DNA of 64,000 nucleotides from an uncultured Bdellovibrionales bacterium (lineage in GTDB: Bacteria; Patescibacteriota; Minisyncoccia; Moranbacterales; UBA1568), in contig CAYTED010000005.1 in assembly GCA_964436855.1 (NCBI GenBank), positions 2,539 to 66,538 of the forward strand. Direction: 5' to 3'. Within the stretch, counting starts at the first letter, position 1, and the number at the start of each line of letters is the position of its first letter. The notes under the pieces are model-generated. The model was not told the origin of the DNA. It was given only the letters and a program-made list of their open reading frames with translations, and ran no database searches. The position numbers and the translations under genes are program-made. This document shows positions 38,858 to 48,262 of this stretch, one piece after another.

Positions 38858-38886
38858 GTTATACTCCTTCTCAAAATTCTCGTCAA
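38858..38886 (-). promoter_or_regulatory. Sigma70 promoter of the antiporter
   Basis: TTGACG-17 nt-TATAAC. Confidence 0.65.
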
Positions 38887-38888
38887 AC

Positions 38889-38924
38889 AAAAATCGCCCC
38901 GCATGGTATCGGAGCGATTTTTTT
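38889..38924 (-). terminator. Terminator after rplL
   Basis: AAAATCGC...GCGATTTT inverted repeat. Confidence 0.65.
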
Positions 38925-38939
38925 ACGAAACAAAAACAC

Positions 38940-39347
38940 TTACTTAAGAGTGACGGTCGCACCGGCTTCCTCAAGCTTCTTCTTTATCGCTTCAGCATCG
39001 GCCTTCGCGACTTTTTCCTTCACGACTTTCGGCGCGGCATCCACAATATCCTTCGCTTCCTTGAGCCCAAGTCCGGTTACTTCACGAACGGCCTTAATCA
39101 CGTTAATTTTTTGGTCGCCCGTTGCCGTCAATTCGACATCGAAGTCCGACTTTTCCTCGGCTGCTTCCGCAACCGCTCCGGCTGCCGGCATCGCCCCCAT
39201 CATCATCGGAGCCGCTGCCGAAACACCAAATTTCTCTTCGAGAACCTTCACGAGCTCGGAGAGATCAAGCACGCTCATCTTTTCGATTTCCTCGACAAGT
39301 TTCGCAAATTTCTCCGGCACCACTACTTCCTTCTTTTCTTCGGTCAT
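38940..39347 (-). CDS. rplL: 50S ribosomal protein L7/L12
   Basis: [42 protein letters not shown]. Confidence 0.98.
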   Translation of the reverse strand: MTEEKKEVVVPEKFAKLVEEIEKMSVLDLSELVKVLEEKFGVSAAAPMMMGAMPAAGAVAEAAEEKSDFDVELTATGDQKINVIKAVREVTGLGLKEAKDIVDAAPKVVKEKVAKADAEAIKKKLEEAGATVTLK

Positions 39348-39382
39348 ATGTTTACCTTAGATTAAAATTATTTATCTCTCAT

Positions 39383-39449
39383 GAAACATAGAACATGGAA
39401 CAGAAAACAAAATACTCTTTGTTCTTTGCTCCATGTTCTCTGCTCTATG
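39383..39449. repeat. Heptamer-periodic imperfect inverted repeat between rplJ and rplL
   Basis: GAAACAT AGAACAT GGAACAG AAAACAA ... TGTTCTT TGCTCCA TGTTCTC TGCTCTA. Confidence 0.7.
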
Positions 39450-39453
39450 AAAA

Positions 39454-39975
39454 TTACTTCTTGCTTTCCGCCACCGCATTGAGCACCCGAACAAAACCGC
39501 CATAGGTCCCCGAAAGCGTCCGAACAAAACCGGCAACCGAAGCCTGAAGCGTGCCCGCAAGCGTCGCACGAAGTTCATCCCGACTTGGAAGTTTCGCGAG
39601 TGCCCTCACTTCTTCCACCGAAAGCGCCTTCATTTCAAGCGATCCGCCAACAATCGACAGTTTCGTATCTTTGTTTTCCTTCACGTGTTGCGCGATAACT
39701 TTCGCCGCCGCAACCTCATCGGAAGAAAACGCGACACCGACTTGTCCATCGAGCTTTCTCGCGTTCACGGGGATACCAACCTCCGAAAGCGCAACGTTCA
39801 GAATCGATTTTTTTAGGATTTGCCATCGCGACCCGGTTTCTCGAAGTGACTTCCGCACCCTTTCAATCTCCTTGACCGTTACTCCTTTGTAATCCGCAAA
39901 GACAAGCGCTTTTGAGGACTTAATTTTCTCCACCACTTCGTCTTTCAGTGCTACTTTTTCATTTTTTCGCATCAT
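39454..39975 (-). CDS. rplJ: 50S ribosomal protein L10
   Basis: FADYKGVTV, LAKLPSRDEL; directly upstream of rplL. Confidence 0.95.
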   Translation of the reverse strand: MMRKNEKVALKDEVVEKIKSSKALVFADYKGVTVKEIERVRKSLRETGSRWQILKKSILNVALSEVGIPVNARKLDGQVGVAFSSDEVAAAKVIAQHVKENKDTKLSIVGGSLEMKALSVEEVRALAKLPSRDELRATLAGTLQASVAGFVRTLSGTYGGFVRVLNAVAESKK

Positions 39976-39984
39976 AATCTTTTC

Positions 39985-40111
39985 TAAAAAAAATCGCGAA
40001 CCACCAGGGCCCGCAGAGCAAAGAAATCCGACCATTCATCTTTCGATGAAAAATTCTTTCCTCGTGAGGACTTCTCGCACCTTTCGATACGCGCCTCATT
40101 TCTACGGAACC
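39985..40111 (-). promoter_or_regulatory. L10 leader (ribosomal protein autoregulatory RNA)
   Basis: CCGUAGAAAUGAGG...CCUCACGAGG core with GAAA-capped hairpins upstream of rplJ. Confidence 0.75.
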
Positions 40112-40133
40112 TATTCACTTTTCCCACCCAAAT

Positions 40134-40529
40134 TCATTCCCCCTCTTTCGTCTCTGTTTCCGCTATAACCGGAGCTTCCTCCTTCTTTTCTTCGGTCGGC
40201 GTTTCTTCAGATTTCATTTCTTCAGCTGGAGTTTCCACGCTCTCTGCGACTTCTTCTTGTTTCGGTCGTTCCATTTTGACAGCTTTCTTCTCGCCCTTGA
40301 CCACGCCTTCTTTCACGAGAAGGTTGTGCACGGTATCAGAGAGCTGTGCTCCCGCACCAATCCAGTGTTTGATTCGCTCTGTTTTCAGTACCGTCTGTTT
40401 TGTGTGCGGGTTATGACTCCCGAGCACTTCAACATGTCGTCCTCCCGGAGCGATGGTATGTTCCTGCAAAACCAAGCGAAAACTCGCTTGATTTCTCTTT
40501 CCTGTTCGGTTGAATCGAATTTTGAGCAT
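40134..40529 (-). CDS. rpsP: 30S ribosomal protein S16 with acidic C-terminal extension
   Basis: MLKIRFNRTGKRNQASFRLV, EVLGSHNP, GAQLSDTV. Confidence 0.95.
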   Translation of the reverse strand: MLKIRFNRTGKRNQASFRLVLQEHTIAPGGRHVEVLGSHNPHTKQTVLKTERIKHWIGAGAQLSDTVHNLLVKEGVVKGEKKAVKMERPKQEEVAESVETPAEEMKSEETPTEEKKEEAPVIAETETKEGE

Positions 40530-40603
40530 ATCGGTCTACAAATACCAACAAAAAAAGCCTTTACAGAGCTATGGGGACATAGTAAGGCAAAAATAAAATA
40601 CTG

Positions 40604-40999
40604 TCAACTACACTTTTCACAACGGCAACCAACCCCTTTAATCATATCTTGAAAATACTCTTTTCCATAATCATACGAGAGTTCTTCCCCTGCCAAAATA
40701 TTCCGCCGGGAAACGATAAACACTCGTCCTTTCCGATTGATCGCCTCGCAATTCGGGCGACAGGAATGATTGATATACCGCGCCGTGTTCCAACGCGGAC
40801 TCCCATCGATATCAAAGCGATTGTTTACATTGAATACATATTTATTGAACAAGGTATCTCCGACACTTTTCGGAACCCGGTGTCCGACATACTCAATGAC
40901 TGTTTTTCCGCGAGGGATGTGTTCCAGCGCGAAGAGCCCAAGTCCGGCACTCGATTTTTTTACCTTCACCTTAAATTTTCCTTCTGATTTCCGAGCCAT
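40604..40999 (-). CDS. SET-domain protein-lysine methyltransferase
   Basis: GLGLFA, IEYVG, ARYINHSCRPN, GEELSYDYG, post-SET CRCEKC. Confidence 0.92.
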   Translation of the reverse strand: MARKSEGKFKVKVKKSSAGLGLFALEHIPRGKTVIEYVGHRVPKSVGDTLFNKYVFNVNNRFDIDGSPRWNTARYINHSCRPNCEAINRKGRVFIVSRRNILAGEELSYDYGKEYFQDMIKGVGCRCEKCS

Positions 41000-41163
41000 A
41001 ATCGATACTACAAACAAAAAATCGTCCAACTGGACAATTCCGTATGCCTCACCCTATCAGTATCCGAATAAAAAATCAATGTCAATGGAGTGATCGGAAA
41101 AAAAGAAGTGAAATGAACGAAAAAATGATATACTAATACGGAGCGTAATGATGAATTTCCCGT

Positions 41164-42351
41164 ATGAAGCTTCGCCTCATTCTCACTTTTGTTCTGCGCG
41201 ATATCTCCAAAAACGCGATTGTTTTGAGTCTCATTATTCTGACGCTCGCGCTCGGCTGTCTTGCCATCCTTCTCACCGGAAGCGTCCTTGATGGTTTTCA
41301 AACCATGCTTAGCAATAGCGCCCGCGGGTGGCTCGGCGATATCGTTCTCTTGCCTCCCAACGACCGGAAAACCATTTCCCATGCGCAGGATGTTTCCAAT
41401 ATGCTCCTCTCAAGAGATGATATTGTCGCCACAAGCACTCGAAGCTATGGAAATCTTAGTGTGCAGTTTGAAGAAAAAATCTCCTTTCCCTATACCGTTA
41501 TCGGTATTAATCCAAAAGAGGAGCAGCAGGTATCGACTCTTCCTTTCCAAATGATTGAGGGCTCATTTTTTGATGAAGCAAAAAGTCCCGATGAAATCAT
41601 TCTTGGAACTTCGATTGCGGACGATCTTGCCCAGGGTTCAGGCGATGGTATTCGTGTTCATAAAAATGATACAGTGCAAGTTCTTTTCCCAAATGGAACT
41701 TCTCAAAATTTCCGGGTGAGAGGTGTACTGGATGCGAAAACATTTTATCCAAATTTTTCCGTTTTTTTTCAGAAAGATATTTTGGATAATTTTCCAGAAA
41801 CGGCTCGAAATAAAAGCATCATAGTCAAAAGTACTCCAAAGTCAAATATTCATAATATACAACAGTCCCTGCAACAATCCTTTCCTTCGCTTACTATACA
41901 CACATGGCTTGATGAGAGTAGTTATATCGAGGATATTCTTGATGCAACATCATTTATCACAAAGAGCATCATTCAAATCCTCATTGTCTCCATTTCAGTT
42001 ATCATCGCGATCATTATCTACATCAACATCATTCAGAAACGCCGGCAAATCGGCATCCTCAAATCCATGGGCGTTTCGAATCACTTTATTTTCACCGCAT
42101 ATCTCTTCGAGGCAATCGCATATTTTTTGATCGCATTCTTTCTCGGGCTTCTCTTGTTCTTTGGTATATATTCCTATTCCATACACCACCCGATTTCCAT
42201 GCCGATCGGAGATTTTCATACCGTCATATCACCATTTGTCATTCTCATATACTTCCTCATTATCTTGAGCGCCACTCTCCTTGGAAGCATTATTCCAACA
42301 CATATAGCGACACGCACCAATATTATTGATGTTCTCCGAAATACTCTATGA
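41164..42351 (+). CDS. ABC transporter permease (MacB/LolE/FtsX family)
   Basis: TM1, periplasmic domain, then RRQIGILKSMG and three TMs. Confidence 0.9.
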   Translation: MKLRLILTFVLRDISKNAIVLSLIILTLALGCLAILLTGSVLDGFQTMLSNSARGWLGDIVLLPPNDRKTISHAQDVSNMLLSRDDIVATSTRSYGNLSVQFEEKISFPYTVIGINPKEEQQVSTLPFQMIEGSFFDEAKSPDEIILGTSIADDLAQGSGDGIRVHKNDTVQVLFPNGTSQNFRVRGVLDAKTFYPNFSVFFQKDILDNFPETARNKSIIVKSTPKSNIHNIQQSLQQSFPSLTIHTWLDESSYIEDILDATSFITKSIIQILIVSISVIIAIIIYINIIQKRRQIGILKSMGVSNHFIFTAYLFEAIAYFLIAFFLGLLLFFGIYSYSIHHPISMPIGDFHTVISPFVILIYFLIILSATLLGSIIPTHIATRTNIIDVLRNTL

Positions 42352-43058
42352 CCACACCTTTGATATCGTTTGCAAATGTTTGCCGAACCTATACCGTCGG
42401 ATCGCTTTCCATTCCGGCAGTACAAGGCGTCAGCTTTGATATTCGCGAGCGAGAATTTGTCGCGATTACCGGTCCGTCGGGATCGGGGAAAAGTACTCTT
42501 CTTCATATGATCGGCCTCCTTGACACCCCTTCATCCGGAATATTCGCATTCAATGGAAGCAACGCTTCGACTCTCAGTGAGCGCGAAAAGACCCGCCTCC
42601 GTCTCGAACACATCAGCTTCGTTTTCCAATTTTTCAACCTTATCGAAAACTACACCGCCACCGAAAATATCGCATTTCAACTCGAACTTCAAGGAGTACC
42701 CCGGGGTGAAGCGACCCAAAAAGCCCTAGAGGTTATACAATTCCTCGGACTTGGACATCGGGCACATCTTTTTCCAAATGAACTCTCGGGCGGCGAACAA
42801 CAACGGGTTGCAATTGGTCGCGCCGTCGCCAAAAACTCCAAAATTATCCTTGCTGACGAACCAACCGCGCACCTTGACTCTTCCAATGCCGAAAAAATTA
42901 TCCAACTCCTCCGCAATGTGAACCAAACCTATGGGAGAACCGTCATCCTCGTCACACACGAACCGAGTGAAGCAAGCCAAGCAAGCCGAACCATCACCCT
43001 TCGAGATGGAAAAATTATCACCGATTCCGGCGTCCCAAAATTCCCCAGAGACCTATAG
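42348..43058 (+). CDS. ABC transporter ATP-binding protein (LolD/MacB-like)
   Basis: GPSGSGKST, FVFQFFNL, LSGGEQQRVAIGRA, LADEPT. Confidence 0.95.
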   Translation: MTTPLISFANVCRTYTVGSLSIPAVQGVSFDIREREFVAITGPSGSGKSTLLHMIGLLDTPSSGIFAFNGSNASTLSEREKTRLRLEHISFVFQFFNLIENYTATENIAFQLELQGVPRGEATQKALEVIQFLGLGHRAHLFPNELSGGEQQRVAIGRAVAKNSKIILADEPTAHLDSSNAEKIIQLLRNVNQTYGRTVILVTHEPSEASQASRTITLRDGKIITDSGVPKFPRDL

Positions 43059-43137
43059 TCGCCGAATCGCTCTCGCGGTATAATAGAATCACACTCGAAA
43101 AAAACACTCATTTCAAAAAAGGCAGCGCTTTTCTTTT

Positions 43138-44688
43138 ATGAATACCCGACTCGTTATTCTTATCTTTGTCGTCGCCGCTCTTGGTATCGCGGTATTTTTC
43201 GGCGGTTCACTGCTTCTTCAAAAATTACGCGACACCTCTTCGAAAACCACCGAAGCATACCTCGCCACTCTCGAAAAAACAATTGTCGTTCAAAATGCTC
43301 GTATCGTGCCCGAAAATGAATACGAACTCTCATTCCCTTTTTCCGGTATCGTCGAATCCTTTTCCGTTCACGAGGGCGATACCGTTCAGAGCGGAGATCC
43401 TCTGCTCAAAATCGAAACCATTTCCCTTGAAATCGAAAGACAGAAGGCTCAAAACACCGTCCTCGAAGCACAGGCTTCATATACCAAGGTAACCACCGCA
43501 CCACGCAAGGAAGAACTCGATATTACCACCGGAAAAAAGAAAGAGTCGAAAACCTCGTATGGTGGAACGAAAACTCTTCTGATCGATGCGATTCGTTCGA
43601 TGTACACGGAAAGCGATAACGCGATTCGAAATGTCGCCGACAATCTGTTTGAAAACCCGCGCACGGACTCTCCAACGCTCGCTTTCACTCTTTCCGATAC
43701 CTCGCTTGAAGCCGAACTCCTGTCCGATCGAAAGGATATCGAGGATATGCTCGAAGAGTGGAAAGACGACACCGACTCGCTTAAAACCGAATCCTCTCTT
43801 GAAAAAGCATCCGATACATCTCGCTCTCGAGCAAAGAATGTTCGGAAATTTATCGAACGGCTCTCCTTTGCGGCAAATGGCGTTACTGCAAGCGGCGCTG
43901 GCGTCAGTCAAGATACGCTCGATACATGGAAGGGTGCTCTTTCGGCCGTACGGACTACCATTGAGGCGACACAGGCATCTTTGAGCGAGGCAAATACCAA
44001 TTTTCTTGCCGCCAAAAAAACGCTGGCAACCGCAGAAAACGAAGTAACTTTAAAAGAGGCCGGATATGAAGCATCAGATCGCGATATTGCAGAATATCGG
44101 CTCGATGAAGCAAAACAATCCGTCAAACTCATCGAGGAAGAAATTCGAAAGGCGACTCTCACTGCCCCGGAAAACAATCTCATCATTCGAAAAATATATC
44201 CCAAGAAGGGAGAATTTATCCCGGGGAGCGAACAAGCTATTCTTCTCTCCTCCCAAGATCTTGAGATACGAATCGATATTCCCGAAGATGATTTTGCAGG
44301 TATCAAGGTGGGTGATTCGGTAACATTTTTCCCGGAATTACATCCGGGGTCGCCCATATCAGGCATCATTACTGCTATTGAACAGAAAGAGATTCTCAAA
44401 AACGAAGTAACGTATTTTCGCGTCCGCGCGCGTATGGACACCGCTCCTTCCGATGATTTTCGGCCTGGTCTCTCTGGCGAAGTACACGCTCTCGTTCGTT
44501 TCAACGAAACACTCCCCCTCGTTCCAACAAGCGCGATCTTCTTCAAAGGGAATACTCGTTATGTTCGCCTTTCGAGCGGCGACGATGTCGAGGTGACCAT
44601 CGGCTATGGCAATGGTTCGGAAACACAAATTCGCTCCGGAATTGAAGCCGGAGCAAAAGTCGTACGCTTTCCCTTTTCAGAACAATAG
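43138..44688 (+). CDS. Membrane-fusion (HlyD/MacA-like) adaptor protein
   Basis: N-terminal TM, lipoyl-like VHEGDTVQSGD, long coiled coil, LVPTSAI. Confidence 0.85.
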   Translation: MNTRLVILIFVVAALGIAVFFGGSLLLQKLRDTSSKTTEAYLATLEKTIVVQNARIVPENEYELSFPFSGIVESFSVHEGDTVQSGDPLLKIETISLEIERQKAQNTVLEAQASYTKVTTAPRKEELDITTGKKKESKTSYGGTKTLLIDAIRSMYTESDNAIRNVADNLFENPRTDSPTLAFTLSDTSLEAELLSDRKDIEDMLEEWKDDTDSLKTESSLEKASDTSRSRAKNVRKFIERLSFAANGVTASGAGVSQDTLDTWKGALSAVRTTIEATQASLSEANTNFLAAKKTLATAENEVTLKEAGYEASDRDIAEYRLDEAKQSVKLIEEEIRKATLTAPENNLIIRKIYPKKGEFIPGSEQAILLSSQDLEIRIDIPEDDFAGIKVGDSVTFFPELHPGSPISGIITAIEQKEILKNEVTYFRVRARMDTAPSDDFRPGLSGEVHALVRFNETLPLVPTSAIFFKGNTRYVRLSSGDDVEVTIGYGNGSETQIRSGIEAGAKVVRFPFSEQ

Positions 44689-44694
44689 CTCCCG

Positions 44695-46968
44695 TTATTC
44701 GTTCACCTGATCGAACTTCACTGAAAGTAATTTTGAAACGCCATCCTCTCCCATTGTCACACCATAGAGGAGCGAAGCTTGTCGCATAGTTTCGCGATTA
44801 TGCGTGATCGCGATAAATTGCGTGTGTGTTCCAAGATCTTGGAGTACACGACTGAATCGGCGGGAATTCGCCTCATCAAGCGCTGCTTCAACCTCGTCAA
44901 GCACAGCAAACGGCGGCGGATTGTGTGAAATAATCGAAAAAAGAAGCGCGAGCGACGTAAGCGACCGTTCACCCCCAGAAAGCATTGAAAGATTCGCGAT
45001 ACGCTTTCCCGGAGGACAAGCAGAAATCTCTATTCCAAGCTCCCCTTCCGTCTCGTTTTCTTCCGGCACTTCACTATCCATATCTCCATCATCTTCCGCT
45101 CGCCTGCGCGGTCGAATGCGAATTTTTTTCAATTCCGCTTTCCCGCCATTGAAAATAATTCCGAAGTATCGTTCAAACTCTTTTGCAATCGAATCAAACG
45201 CTTCTTCAAACGCGTGGTCGATTTTCTCGTCCATTTCCGCGATCACCCCTTCGAGCGATTCCATCGCCTTTTTCAAATCCTCGCTTTCCTTCGAGAGAAA
45301 CTGAAAACGTTTTTCCGTTTCCTCATACTCTTCAAGCACGAAAGGATCGATACCGCCCGCTTGCTCCGACTCCACCTTGAGTCGGGAAATTTCCCTTGTC
45401 AGACGATCCCGATCTTTCGGCTCTCCGTCCCAAGCAAGACTTGCCGGATCCATCGCAAGTTCCGCGCGAACCTCGGCCAATACATCTTCTTCGCGCACTT
45501 CGACGCGCGCAAGCCTCACTTTCGTTTCGTTCAGAGCATCCTTCTCTCTCTGCAGCATTTGTTCCTTCTCGCGCAATTCGCGTTCCGTATGAAAAAATTT
45601 CTCGCGAGCTTCGCGCCCCTTCTCGCGAGCGAGGCGAATCAATTCTTCTTTTTCCGCAATCGACGTATCAAACACTGCGATGGATTGCTCGAGCGTTTTT
45701 TGTTCCATTGCCAACGCCGCGAGCTTTTCCTCGATTGCTTTTCGCTCCTCTTCGGGAAGCGAGATGATTTTCTTTTCCATGACTGTCCCCGCCCCGGCCT
45801 TTTCGTCGAGCTCCCGAAGCGAGCGCGCAATACCGGATGCGGCATCTCGAATGACGCCCAATTCCGAAAGATCTTTCACGTCGGATATTTTTTGAATCAG
45901 TATTTTCTGCTCTTTCTCAATTGTCCCGATCGCGCCGCGAACATACGGAAGATCAACCGGAATTACGGTTACCTCTTCGCGATCTTTTTTCTTTTCTTCT
46001 TCAATTTCAATCCGCCCCGAAAGAATAGCGAGCGAGCGCTCATTCGTATTTTTTTCCGCACGAAGCGTCTCGATCTCTTCAGAAAACGTGTCTGTCGATC
46101 GATCCTCCTCGACCGATTTCGAAAGCATTTCCACGTCTTGTCGCAGTGCCTCTACCGATCGTTCAAGAGCTTCCGTTTTTGCCGTCGATGCGTCGCGATC
46201 GTGCATCAGCGCCTCACGCTCGTGTTGAAATTCCGCCCACAGAAATCCATACAGCTCCACTTGTTTCGCTCGAAGACGCTCGACGAGCGTTTTCGCTTGC
46301 GACGCTTTTTCCGCCTGCCTCCGCAAGTGCTTCAGATGCGGTTCGATTTCTACGAGCAGAGTTTCAACGCGTGTGATATTCTCTCTCGTCGATTCAAGCT
46401 TCCGGCGCGCACGATCTTTTTCGATCTGATACGGTTTCACCCCTGCTGCATCTTCGAATATCGATCGGCGTTCGAGTGGCGTCGCCTGAAGAACTGCGTC
46501 CGACATCCCCTGGGTAATCACGCAGTAACTCTCTCGTCCAACGCCCGCCCGAGCAAGAAGGTCGACAACATCAAGCAAACGCACGTGGTTTCCATTGATA
46601 AAATATTCACCTTCGCCATTCCGATAAACTTTCCGTGCAATGGAGACATCGGAATATTCGATCGGAATCCGCTTATCGGAATTATCAAAATAAAGCGTTA
46701 CCGCAGCACTTCCGAGGCGTGCCTTCTTTCCCGATCCCGAAAAGATAACGTCTTCCGATTTTTTCCCGCGAAGATTTTTTGACGATTGCTCGCCAATCGC
46801 CCACCGAATCGCGTCTGCCACATTCGACTTTCCGGAACCATTCGGCCCGACGATCGCCGTAATACCACACCGCTTGCCATTGGAAATATCGCACTCGGGC
46901 AAAAAGTCGAGCACGGTCTTATTCGCAAATGATTTGAATCCATTTATTTCAAGACGCTTTAAGTACAC
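44695..46968 (-). CDS. smc: Short SMC-family ATPase (757 aa), no recognisable canonical hinge
   Basis: GFKSFA, GPNGSGKSNVADAIRW, LSGGERSL, LDEVEAALD, FIAITH; next to rnc. Confidence 0.9.
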   Translation of the reverse strand: MYLKRLEINGFKSFANKTVLDFLPECDISNGKRCGITAIVGPNGSGKSNVADAIRWAIGEQSSKNLRGKKSEDVIFSGSGKKARLGSAAVTLYFDNSDKRIPIEYSDVSIARKVYRNGEGEYFINGNHVRLLDVVDLLARAGVGRESYCVITQGMSDAVLQATPLERRSIFEDAAGVKPYQIEKDRARRKLESTRENITRVETLLVEIEPHLKHLRRQAEKASQAKTLVERLRAKQVELYGFLWAEFQHEREALMHDRDASTAKTEALERSVEALRQDVEMLSKSVEEDRSTDTFSEEIETLRAEKNTNERSLAILSGRIEIEEEKKKDREEVTVIPVDLPYVRGAIGTIEKEQKILIQKISDVKDLSELGVIRDAASGIARSLRELDEKAGAGTVMEKKIISLPEEERKAIEEKLAALAMEQKTLEQSIAVFDTSIAEKEELIRLAREKGREAREKFFHTERELREKEQMLQREKDALNETKVRLARVEVREEDVLAEVRAELAMDPASLAWDGEPKDRDRLTREISRLKVESEQAGGIDPFVLEEYEETEKRFQFLSKESEDLKKAMESLEGVIAEMDEKIDHAFEEAFDSIAKEFERYFGIIFNGGKAELKKIRIRPRRRAEDDGDMDSEVPEENETEGELGIEISACPPGKRIANLSMLSGGERSLTSLALLFSIISHNPPPFAVLDEVEAALDEANSRRFSRVLQDLGTHTQFIAITHNRETMRQASLLYGVTMGEDGVSKLLSVKFDQVNE

Positions 46969-46973
46969 AATGG

Positions 46974-47071
46974 GGAATCAGGAATTATGAATCAGGAATA
47001 AAAAATAAAAACTATTCAGAGAAACCAAAAAATGGCTCTTTTCTGAATCTTGATTCTTTATTCTTCATTCT
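46974..47071. repeat. Heptamer-periodic imperfect inverted repeat upstream of smc
   Basis: GGAATCA GGAATTA TGAATCA GGAATAA ... CTTGATT CTTTATT CTTCATT. Confidence 0.7.
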
Positions 47072-47094
47072 ACATTCTCCCCTCATTTCAGGCA

Positions 47095-47124
47095 AAAAGA
47101 AAAGCCGAGAGAATTTCTCGGCTT
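47095..47124 (-). terminator. Intrinsic terminator after the small-peptide pair
   Basis: AAGCCGAGA-5 nt-TCTCGGCTT with a T-rich tail on the minus strand. Confidence 0.75.
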
Positions 47125-47146
47125 GATTTCGGAGCCTTCACTTCAT

Positions 47147-47275
47147 CTAGTCCTCACCGAGGAGGTATTTCCACACATCCTTCATCCGCAGACCGCAAAA
47201 GATGAGACAGAGGATGAGAATGAGGAGGAGGAGGAGGAGAATGAAAATACCTACACCCACAACCCATTTTAGCAT
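47147..47275 (-). CDS. Small hydrophobic peptide (42 aa)
   Basis: Below the ORF-track cutoff. SD AGGGGAGG; MLKWVVGVGIFILLLLLLILILCLIFCGLRMKDVWKYLLGED. Confidence 0.6.
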   Translation of the reverse strand: MLKWVVGVGIFILLLLLLILILCLIFCGLRMKDVWKYLLGED

Positions 47276-47288
47276 TTCGCCCTCCCCT

Positions 47289-47420
47289 TTACCGCCAAAA
47301 GCCTTGCTTGAATGAATTCAGGAACCACGCCCAGGCGTTCTCGATGCGCGGAATGGCAAGCAGGAGAACCATGACGAGCGCAACGATAATTGTAAGCGTA
47401 TCCGGCGACACCTCAAACAT
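47289..47420 (-). CDS. Small hydrophobic peptide (43 aa)
   Basis: Below the ORF-track cutoff. SD AGAGGAG; MFEVSPDTLTIIVALVMVLLLAIPRIENAWAWFLNSFKQGFWR. Confidence 0.6.
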   Translation of the reverse strand: MFEVSPDTLTIIVALVMVLLLAIPRIENAWAWFLNSFKQGFWR

Positions 47421-47533
47421 TTCGAGTCTCCTCTTGTTGATTGGAACAAATTGTTACGGAACAGCATTCCTCACTTTTCTCTCTTTTCAAGAAAAAAGTC
47501 AAGCCGAACTTTGAAAGAGGCTTCCCTCGTCCA

Positions 47534-47561
47534 TTATTCTTAATTCCTGATTCTTGATTCT
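47534..47561. repeat. Heptamer tandem repeat downstream of rnc
   Basis: TTATTCT TAATTCC TGATTCT TGATTCT. Confidence 0.65.
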
Positions 47562-47569
47562 TCCGAAAC

Positions 47570-48262
47570 CTACCACCCTTTCGCGAGGAGGCCTTTTTTG
47601 GCGGCGTCGCGCTGCGCTTCTTGCTTGGATTTCCCCTCTCCCTCCGCAATAAGTTCTTCGTCAAGATACACGCCGGCGACAAAATGCCGGTCATGATCCG
47701 GACCGGATTCACGCAATACGCGGTACGATGGTGTGATATTTACTTTTTCCTGCGCGATTTCCTGAAATCGACTCTTCGGATCGGCGTATGATCCTTCTTT
47801 CAATACTTCCGGCAAATGCGTCACGACATTTTTCAAAATAAAATCTTTTGCGGCTTCGTACCCCTGATCGAGATAGAGCGCACCAATAACCGATTCCATC
47901 GCATTCGCAAGAAGATATTGTCGCGCGCGACCGGTATCTTTCGCCTCGCCACGGCTCATCAAGAGAAACTCCTCGATACCGAGATCCTTTGCGATACCCG
48001 CGAGCATTTCGCCATTTACAAGCGCCGCGCGCCATGCCGTGAGCTCCCCTTCCGGATTGTCGTAGTGATGATAGAGATATTCCGTCACCACAAGCTCAAG
48101 CACCGCGTCGCCGAGAAATTCGAGGCGTTCGTTGTGATTCAGTTTGTACCCTCGATGTTCATTGAGATACGATCGATGCGTAATCGCTTCCTGAAAAAAA
48201 ACCGAGTTCTTGATATCGATCCCGAGATGCTTCCCGAATGTTTCGGGAGAAAAAAGTTCCAT
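47570..48262 (-). CDS. rnc: Ribonuclease III
   Basis: NERLEFLGDAVL signature; dsRBD DPKSRFQE, GPDH, GEGKSKQEAQ. Confidence 0.98.
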   Translation of the reverse strand: MELFSPETFGKHLGIDIKNSVFFQEAITHRSYLNEHRGYKLNHNERLEFLGDAVLELVVTEYLYHHYDNPEGELTAWRAALVNGEMLAGIAKDLGIEEFLLMSRGEAKDTGRARQYLLANAMESVIGALYLDQGYEAAKDFILKNVVTHLPEVLKEGSYADPKSRFQEIAQEKVNITPSYRVLRESGPDHDRHFVAGVYLDEELIAEGEGKSKQEAQRDAAKKGLLAKGW

